Positions 35,522 through 40,205 of a stretch of 40,205 nt of DNA are shown here, in pieces (within the stretch, counting starts at the first letter, position 1; every line of letters begins with the position of its first letter). The notes under the pieces were generated by a model, which worked only from the letters and a program-made list of their open reading frames with translations, did not search any database and was not told where the DNA came from. Position numbers and translations under genes: made by a program. The DNA is from an uncultured Gammaproteobacteria bacterium (GTDB lineage Bacteria > Patescibacteriota > Patescibacteriia > Magasanikbacterales > GWA2-37-8). Location: the NCBI GenBank assembly GCA_964640515.1, contig CAZXFG010000002.1:1-40205 (forward strand), written 5' to 3'.

Positions 35522-35968
35522 TTAAGTTTTTTTCTGGAAGTTTTTTAGTAAATAAATGGCGAATCCGCCGGCAATCATCACATCCGCTATGTTGATGACC
35601 AGGGTAAACAGACGCAAGTAATCAACAGTGTGTTGATAGAGCAGACGGTCAATCAGATTAGATGACGCGCCGGCGATAATCAAACATAAAGCCCATTGGT
35701 TTATTTTTTGGTTATTTTTTATAGCCGTGAACAACAGTCTGCCTAAAATCAGGAGAATGGGGATGGTCAAAATCACCACCGCTTGGTTGGGAGCGGGCAA
35801 ACTGAAAGCCACTCCCGGGTTTAACGAAGGGTCCCATCCCAAAAAGTTATGCCAGAGTCGAGCGTCGCGCCATTGGTATAAAGCAAGATGTTTTAACAAG
35901 CGGTCAACCAATAAAAAAAGGCTATTCGCTGTTATTATCAATAGCCAATAGCCTTTGGGCATAAACAT
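35522..35968 (-). CDS. lspA: Signal peptidase II (lipoprotein signal peptidase)
   Basis: 148 aa with 4 TM segments. NPGVAFSL and NLIDRL...VDYL...NIADV motifs. Confidence 0.85.
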   Translation of the reverse strand: MFMPKGYWLLIITANSLFLLVDRLLKHLALYQWRDARLWHNFLGWDPSLNPGVAFSLPAPNQAVVILTIPILLILGRLLFTAIKNNQKINQWALCLIIAGASSNLIDRLLYQHTVDYLRLFTLVINIADVMIAGGFAIYLLKNFQKKT

Positions 35969-35972
35969 TTAT

Positions 35973-36362
35973 CTAAGCTTCTTGCACAATCGCTTTTTTA
36001 CATTCTACACAAGCGCTGGAAGTGGGGCGAGCCAGCAATCTTTTTTCTTCAATCGGTTTTTGACAGTATTTGCAGATGCCATAAGCGCCGTCAGCTATTC
36101 TTTTCAGAGATTGGGTGACATCGCGTAGATTTTTTTGCAAGTTATCTTCCAACGGAATGTTAGTGATGTATTCAGCCACTTCAGCCGCGTTTTCATCATC
36201 CTTGTCGCCGTAGTCTGGAAATTTAGCGTCAATCGCGTCCGGGTCTTTACTGCCTAACTTACTAAGCTCCTTTTCCAGTTTTTCTTTTTCCAATAATAAA
36301 GTTTCCTCAATTTGTTTCAGGAAAGTCGGAGAATGAGCCGTATTCTTATCGTTTTTAGCCAT
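35973..36362 (-). CDS. DksA/TraR family C4-type zinc-finger protein
   Basis: Coiled-coil N-terminus plus CKYCQKPI....RPTSSACVECK (CxxC-17-CxxC). Confidence 0.85.
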   Translation of the reverse strand: MAKNDKNTAHSPTFLKQIEETLLLEKEKLEKELSKLGSKDPDAIDAKFPDYGDKDDENAAEVAEYITNIPLEDNLQKNLRDVTQSLKRIADGAYGICKYCQKPIEEKRLLARPTSSACVECKKAIVQEA

Positions 36363-36385
36363 AAGAGTTTACTAATAATGCCTAT

Positions 36386-36413
36386 ATTATACTGTAATAA
36401 AAGATTAAGTCAA
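36386..36413 (-). promoter_or_regulatory. Possible sigma70-like promoter for the dksA-like operon
   Basis: Minus strand reads TTGACT (36413-36408), a 16-nt spacer, then TATAAT (36391-36386), about 24 nt upstream of the ATG. Confidence 0.5.
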
Positions 36414-36428
36414 GAGAAGAATAGGGAT

Positions 36429-36783
36429 AAAAAAAGGGCGAAGAATCAATAAGTATTATTTTAAATTCTCGCCCTTAGCAAACTGCTAGGCGAGCTTCCT
36501 TCCGTCTAGAAAGACGAAAGGCGACAATACACCTAGAGTTAAAATCTCCGACCGCTAGGGGGTAGGGCTCTCGGACCAACCGGCGCAAAAGGCAAGCTGG
36601 TAAAATTGAGAGTTACCCGAGAAGTAGTACGGATTTGCCTTGCCTCCCGCTCATGATTGAAGTTTCCGCTCAAAATTCTTTTTATTTTTTTTGAGCAGTG
36701 GCAAATCCCTCTTCTTCTAGTTCGCAGTTCTAGAGATATACGCCCCATATAGGGGCTTTGAATTGTAGAAGAACATTCTACGC
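36429..36783 (-). ncRNA. Unclassified ~355-nt structured RNA (promoter-to-terminator unit)
   Basis: Bounded by a consensus promoter (36789-36817) and a hairpin plus U7 terminator (36476-36429). The interior is dense in hairpins and has no credible ORF. Confidence 0.6.
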
Positions 36784-36788
36784 TATGT

Positions 36789-36817
36789 ATTATACTATTT
36801 TTTCAAAGTTGTGTCAA
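36789..36817 (-). promoter_or_regulatory. Consensus sigma70 promoter of the unclassified RNA
   Basis: Minus strand reads TTGACA (36817-36812), an exact 17-nt spacer, then TATAAT (36794-36789). Confidence 0.7.
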
Positions 36818-36881
36818 GGGTGGCGGGTTTTGGCTAAAATACGCGGAAAAATAAACAATCTTGGCCATTTTTGGGTTAAAA

Positions 36882-36905
36882 TTTGTATAGACTAGTCTAT
36901 ACAAA
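36882..36905. repeat. 24-bp perfect palindrome, copy 3 (extends to a 34-bp palindrome, 36877-36910)
   Basis: Exact match. The flanks TAAAA / TTTTA extend the dyad. Confidence 0.95.
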
Positions 36906-36986
36906 TTTTATCTATTTTGTTATTTGGCTACAGTTAGCCAAAATCGTATTAACTTATCCCCTTTTGGATGTGGGTTTTCCACCGAG

Positions 36987-36995
36987 TTATCCACA
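36987..36995 (+). promoter_or_regulatory. Perfect DnaA box TTATCCACA abutting palindrome copy 4
   Basis: GTTATCCACAG is followed directly by TTTGTATAGAC.... Confidence 0.5.
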
Positions 36996-36996
36996 G

Positions 36997-37020
36997 TTTG
37001 TATAGACTAGTCTATACAAA
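36997..37020. repeat. 24-bp perfect palindrome, copy 4
   Basis: Exact match, 115 bp from copy 3. Confidence 0.95.
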
Positions 37021-37121
37021 TTTTCAAAAAATGAAGAAGGCCAGCGGTACTTTTCGATTTCTCGAATTTTCCGCCGGCCTTTTGCCGACCTCCTTATGTT
37101 GTCGTTCACAACCTCATCACT

Positions 37122-37451
37122 TTACTGAAGATTGAGGATGTTCGCCAAGACTACACAGACAACCGCACTGGCTAAGAACCCCACCATTGCCCAGCCAGTG
37201 GCGGCCTTGCAAAAGTATACACGCTTCTCCCGTTCCTTGGACAGTTTGGTCTGTTTGTAGGCATGCCAGCCATGCTCTCCCGGTTGAAGGAGGTCGGCCA
37301 TGTCAGCTTCGATGGTCATCATGCCAATGATCATTGGTGCACAGACACCCATTGGGATGAGGACGGTAGCGAGTGCGTTATCCGTGAGGAGAAGCACCAC
37401 AGGGCCGGCAGGAGTCAGAAGGACGAAGAACATCACGACGCAGTAAAACAT
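37122..37451 (-). CDS. Small GC-rich membrane protein (orphan)
   Basis: 109 aa from ATG 37451, with GGAGG 6 nt upstream and three hydrophobic helices. The longer track ORF (start 37532) would begin inside its own promoter. Confidence 0.6.
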   Translation of the reverse strand: MFYCVVMFFVLLTPAGPVVLLLTDNALATVLIPMGVCAPMIIGMMTIEADMADLLQPGEHGWHAYKQTKLSKEREKRVYFCKAATGWAMVGFLASAVVCVVLANILNLQ

Positions 37452-37511
37452 TGTAGACCTCCGGTTGTGAAGTTGTGAAACATCATCCCCACACCATGCA
37501 GGGAACAATGA

Positions 37512-37539
37512 ATCATAGCAATAATATGACATCTGTCAA
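37512..37539 (-). promoter_or_regulatory. Sigma70-like promoter for the GC-rich membrane orphan
   Basis: Minus strand reads TTGACA (37539-37534), a 16-nt spacer, then TATGAT (37517-37512). Confidence 0.55.
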
Positions 37540-37663
37540 GTTTTCAGACATAAAAAATATACAAAATAGAGTATATAAATATACAGCTATAATGTGGATA
37601 CTATTGACAGTATAGCCAAAATACGATACTGTCTATAATATAGACGAACATCATAATATACCT

Positions 37664-38398
37664 ATGAAAACTACGAATTTAACCGCAACCCTTCAAAATT
37701 TGGGTCTAAACGAGAAAGAAGCCAAAGTATACTTGGCTTGTCTTGAGTTGGGGAGCGCGACAGTGCAAGAAGTGTCCGATAAAGCGGGAGTAAAACGAAC
37801 GAGCGTGTACAACTTTCTTGAAGATATGAAAGCGCGCGGTTTTATTACAGAAGTAAAGCAGGGGAAGAAAATGCTTTTGATTGCTGAAGATCCGCGCGCG
37901 CTTCTTAAAAAAGCGGATGAACAGAAAAAACAACTGGAAGAAATTCTGCCCGAGTTTTTGAGCATTTACAATTTGCCGGGTGAAAAACCGAAAGTGCGGT
38001 TTTATCAAGGTATCGATGGGTTGAAACGAATCTATGAAGACACTCTCAAAGAGGGCGGGGAGATTTATTTAATATCAGACTACGAAAAAATGTTTTCAGC
38101 GATTGAGCCGGATTGGATGTGGCAGTACGCGAAACTACGCGCGGAAGAGGGAATCAAAGCATTTTCCATTTCAAAAGATGGGCCAATGGCGCGGGAAGTT
38201 AAAATAAGAGATAGCGAGCAGTTGCGTGAAACTCGTTTTGTCAAAGATGTTAATTTTGAAACCGAAATCAATATCTATGGCGATAAAGTCGCGTTACTTA
38301 GTTTCCGCAGTCCGTATGCGGGGGTGATTATTGAAGACAGAGCAATTGCGCAAACATTACGATCGATGTGGAAGATAATTTGGAATCAAGCAAAGTAG
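37664..38398 (+). CDS. TrmB family transcriptional regulator
   Basis: N-terminal LQNLGLNEKEAKVYLACLELGSATVQEVSDKAGVKRTSVYNFLEDMKARGFI is the TrmB-type wHTH. The C-terminus is an effector-like domain. Confidence 0.85.
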   Translation: MKTTNLTATLQNLGLNEKEAKVYLACLELGSATVQEVSDKAGVKRTSVYNFLEDMKARGFITEVKQGKKMLLIAEDPRALLKKADEQKKQLEEILPEFLSIYNLPGEKPKVRFYQGIDGLKRIYEDTLKEGGEIYLISDYEKMFSAIEPDWMWQYAKLRAEEGIKAFSISKDGPMAREVKIRDSEQLRETRFVKDVNFETEINIYGDKVALLSFRSPYAGVIIEDRAIAQTLRSMWKIIWNQAK

Positions 38399-38475
38399 AA
38401 AAGGCGATTGAGGTTGTTTTTTATGGTAAAATGTGGTAAAATACCAGCGCTAAAGTACTGTTAGCGCCATTTATT

Positions 38476-38670
38476 ATGCGTAATTGGAGCGTAGACACCA
38501 AAGAGCTCAAGAAAGATAAAAAGAAGTATGCCGTCTGGCGATTGGAGCAGTTGGTGAATTTTGGTTTGGGAAAGGAAAAAATTGACGCTAAACAGCTGAA
38601 AAAAAATTGGGGTTTATTGCGTCTAGATCCGCGTAAAAAATCTTTTTTAAAAACTCTTTTATGGCCGTAG
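38476..38670 (+). CDS. Small hypothetical protein upstream of and overlapping the AbiEii-like gene
   Basis: 64-aa basic ORF that overlaps the next gene by 10 nt. No recognisable HTH. Confidence 0.45.
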   Translation: MRNWSVDTKELKKDKKKYAVWRLEQLVNFGLGKEKIDAKQLKKNWGLLRLDPRKKSFLKTLLWP

Positions 38671-39323
38671 GTATCATCTTGAGCGTCAATCAACAAAAAT
38701 TATTACAACTGATTGGCAAGGATAAAATAATTTGCGATAATTTTTATTTGACCGGCGGCACAGCCCTGGCGGAATATTATTTACAGCATCGATTGTCCGA
38801 GGATCTGGATTTTTTTTCTGAAACGGAATTTATTCCGCAGGTTATTTCTGTTTTTTTCAAAAAGATTCAAAAGAAAGCGGGGATTAAAAAAATTGAATTT
38901 GAACAGAGTTTTAACCGCAATTTGTTTTTTTTAGATTTGGGCGGCGATTCCATTAAAACCGAATTTACTTATTTTCCTTTTTCGCGGATAGAAAAAACCA
39001 AAAAAATTGGCCAGCTGGCCATTGATAGTTTGGTGGATATTGCCGTGAATAAAGTGTTTACGATTTATCAAAAACCGCGGGCGCGCGATTTTATTGATTT
39101 GTATCTTATTATTCAACAACAGGGTTGGAAAATAGCCGATTTGACTAAGAAAGCCAAGGTTAAATTTGATTGGCATATTGATCCTCTGCAATTAGGATCT
39201 CAATTTATGCAAGCGACAGAGGTGAAAGATTATCCAAAAATGACGGTGGAAATCAAGCACGAAGATTGGCAGAAATTTTTTACGGCTGAAGCTAAAAAAT
39301 TTAAAAATAAAATTTTAGTTTAA
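38661..39323 (+). CDS. Nucleotidyltransferase AbiEii/AbiGii toxin family protein
   Basis: FYLTGGTALAEYYLQHRLSEDLDFF matches the AbiEii (DUF1814) NTase motif (GGTAL...R.S.DLDF). Confidence 0.78.
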   Translation: MAVGIILSVNQQKLLQLIGKDKIICDNFYLTGGTALAEYYLQHRLSEDLDFFSETEFIPQVISVFFKKIQKKAGIKKIEFEQSFNRNLFFLDLGGDSIKTEFTYFPFSRIEKTKKIGQLAIDSLVDIAVNKVFTIYQKPRARDFIDLYLIIQQQGWKIADLTKKAKVKFDWHIDPLQLGSQFMQATEVKDYPKMTVEIKHEDWQKFFTAEAKKFKNKILV

Positions 39324-39347
39324 TTAATCTTTAATTTAGCGAAAAAT

Positions 39348-40205
39348 ATGAGGAGGATATTTTTTGTTGCGTTACTGCTTTTTAGCAGTTTTTTCTTTTT
39401 ATTAAGCCAAAAAATGGCTAAAGCGGAGGGATGTGCGACATCCAGCGCCTGGTCGCAGGTAAAAATTAACGAGTTTATGCCAGTGCCTACGAGTGGCGAT
39501 GAGTGGGTGGAGTTGTTTAATACTGATGACGAACCGGTAGATCTATGTGGCGGATATATTTGCGATAGTACCGCACATGACGCTAAAATTGGACATGACA
39601 ATATAAAAAAATGTAAATCTTTTGCTACTAGCACCGCTAAAGATGTAATTCAGCCCCACGGATGGTTTCTGTTTAGTGGATGGACCAGTTATTTCAATAA
39701 TGGAAGCGTGGATGAAGTTATATTAAAAGATTCCGATGGTGCAGATGTAGATAAAGTAACCTATGGCACTTCTACTTTAGAGCTTCCTGAATCAGGGGAG
39801 TCAATCGGCAGGAGCGAGGATGGAGCTGGTATGTGGCAAATTTTTTCAACTCCCACTCCCGGTACCACCAATGTTTTATTGGTTGAACCAGTTGGAAATA
39901 CGCAAGAACAGGAAAACTCGGAGATTGCCGCATCCACTTTTGACCGCTTCGTTTGGGAACAAATAAAAATTAACGAAATGATGATTGATCCGGACGAAGG
40001 GGAAGATGAATGGGTAGAGCTTTTTAATACTGCCACGACCAGCATTGATTTAACCGGCGGCGTGTTGTGCGATGGGCGCGTTAATAATTGCGAGATGATA
40101 GCGCCCACTAGCACGATTGCGGTTGGCGGATATTTAGTTCTGTCTTGGAGTAGCAGTAAATTAAATAATGATACGGATAAAGTGATTTGGAAAAATCCGA
40201 ATGGA
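39348..40205 (+). CDS. Lamin-tail-domain (LTD) repeat secreted protein, partial (runs off the right edge)
   Basis: Open frame from ATG 39348 to the window end (286 codons). Signal peptide MRRIFFVALLLFSSFFFLLS. Two LTD-type units (VKINEFMPVPTSGDEWVELFNTDDEPVDLCGG; IKINEMMIDPDEGEDEWVELFNTATTSIDLTGG). Confidence 0.8.
   Translation, partial: MRRIFFVALLLFSSFFFLLSQKMAKAEGCATSSAWSQVKINEFMPVPTSGDEWVELFNTDDEPVDLCGGYICDSTAHDAKIGHDNIKKCKSFATSTAKDVIQPHGWFLFSGWTSYFNNGSVDEVILKDSDGADVDKVTYGTSTLELPESGESIGRSEDGAGMWQIFSTPTPGTTNVLLVEPVGNTQEQENSEIAASTFDRFVWEQIKINEMMIDPDEGEDEWVELFNTATTSIDLTGGVLCDGRVNNCEMIAPTSTIAVGGYLVLSWSSSKLNNDTDKVIWKNPNG

Noticed and set aside
36318-36330. GGAAAGTCGGAG on the plus strand, superficially like the RNase P CR-I motif
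   Set aside because: It lies inside the dksA-like coding sequence on the antisense strand, with no surrounding RNase P-like helices.
36539-36748. 69-aa minus-strand ORF (MGRISLELRTRRRGICHC...) inside the structured RNA region
   Set aside because: It has no Shine-Dalgarno sequence, and its composition is Arg/Ser/Pro-rich and low-complexity. It begins in the loop of the GCCCC/GGGGC hairpin and runs through several other stems. It is best explained as a chance frame in a structured RNA.
36429-36783. Possibility that the ~355-nt RNA is RNase P RNA, tmRNA, SRP RNA or a T-box
   Set aside because: By eye there is no GGAAAGUCC (CR-I) or ACAGAA.CCGGCUUA-type P4 strand. There is no GGGG...CCACCA tRNA-like end pairing, no T-arm and no Ala-rich tag frame. 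The SRP-like GGAAGGAAGC is sequestered in a plain 10-bp hairpin with a UUCU loop. No T-box sequence is present. This rejection is provisional; a cmscan is needed.
9518-37020. The four 24-bp palindromes as terminal repeats of a large mobile element or as a CRISPR-like array
   Set aside because: The 27 kb between the pairs is core housekeeping (polA, dnaA, dnaN, tig, PBP) with no transposase or integrase. There are only two copies per locus, with irregular spacing (190 and 115 bp), and no cas genes.
37604-37639. TTGACA (37604) plus TATAAT (37634) as a simple promoter for the TrmB-family gene
   Set aside because: The spacer would be 24 nt, too long for a sigma70 promoter. The real -10/-35 pairing is unclear, so only the operator-like dyads are reported.
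39320-40114. Minus-strand ORFs 39320-39634 and 39761-40114
   Set aside because: They are antisense shadows of the plus-strand LTD gene, which has a signal peptide and repeated recognisable domains.
1-40205. Alternative genetic code (UGA recoding, as in some CPR lineages)
   Set aside because: Long conserved genes terminate at TGA at the expected length (e.g. dnaA ends ...AAT ATC TGA at 29619-29621). All recognised genes are intact under code 11.

Overview
This 40.2-kb chromosomal window uses the standard code (dnaA ends in TGA). Its gene content resembles a small-genome CPR/Patescibacteria (Parcubacteria-like) bacterium; that placement is inference from gene content only. It carries the replication-origin neighbourhood: yidD-rnpA-rpmH on the minus strand diverges from dnaA-dnaN on the plus strand, with DnaA-box clusters upstream and downstream of dnaA. 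Housekeeping genes are polA, holA, rpsT, tig, nfo, a suhB-like IMPase, hppA, PBP1A, yifB/comM, lspA, a dksA/traR-like gene, rmuC and a LysM/M23 peptidase, plus three tRNAs (Ala-CGC, Arg-CCT, Cys-GCA). The left 9 kb is a minus-strand cell-surface block: a Wzy-like/TPR membrane protein, a secreted protein, a DUF916/DUF3324-like anchored protein, a 1084-aa FN3/Cys-Asp-repeat giant and an LVIVD-repeat protein that runs off the edge. A lamin-tail-domain protein runs off the right edge. Accessory content is a ParD/RelE-type TA pair, an AbiEii-type toxin gene, a degenerate LAGLIDADG-like ORF, an SGDEF diguanylate-cyclase-like gene, a wHTH-GHKL-DUF4325 gene and two GC-rich orphan genes. The most interesting signals are non-coding. 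(1) A three-copy family has a conserved ~57-nt GC-rich core inside variable but perfectly complementary arms. All copies are sense to tig, rpmH and rnpA, and internal hairpins covary. (2) A ~355-nt promoter-to-terminator structured RNA upstream of dksA matches no class I can recognise. (3) A perfect 24-bp palindrome occurs four times in two pairs, next to RNA genes and perfect DnaA boxes. (4) A ~100-bp GTCATTGCGAG-type palindromic element sits in frame inside polA. No rRNA, CRISPR array or transposase was seen. All domain calls are by-eye motif recognition and need HMM/CM confirmation.
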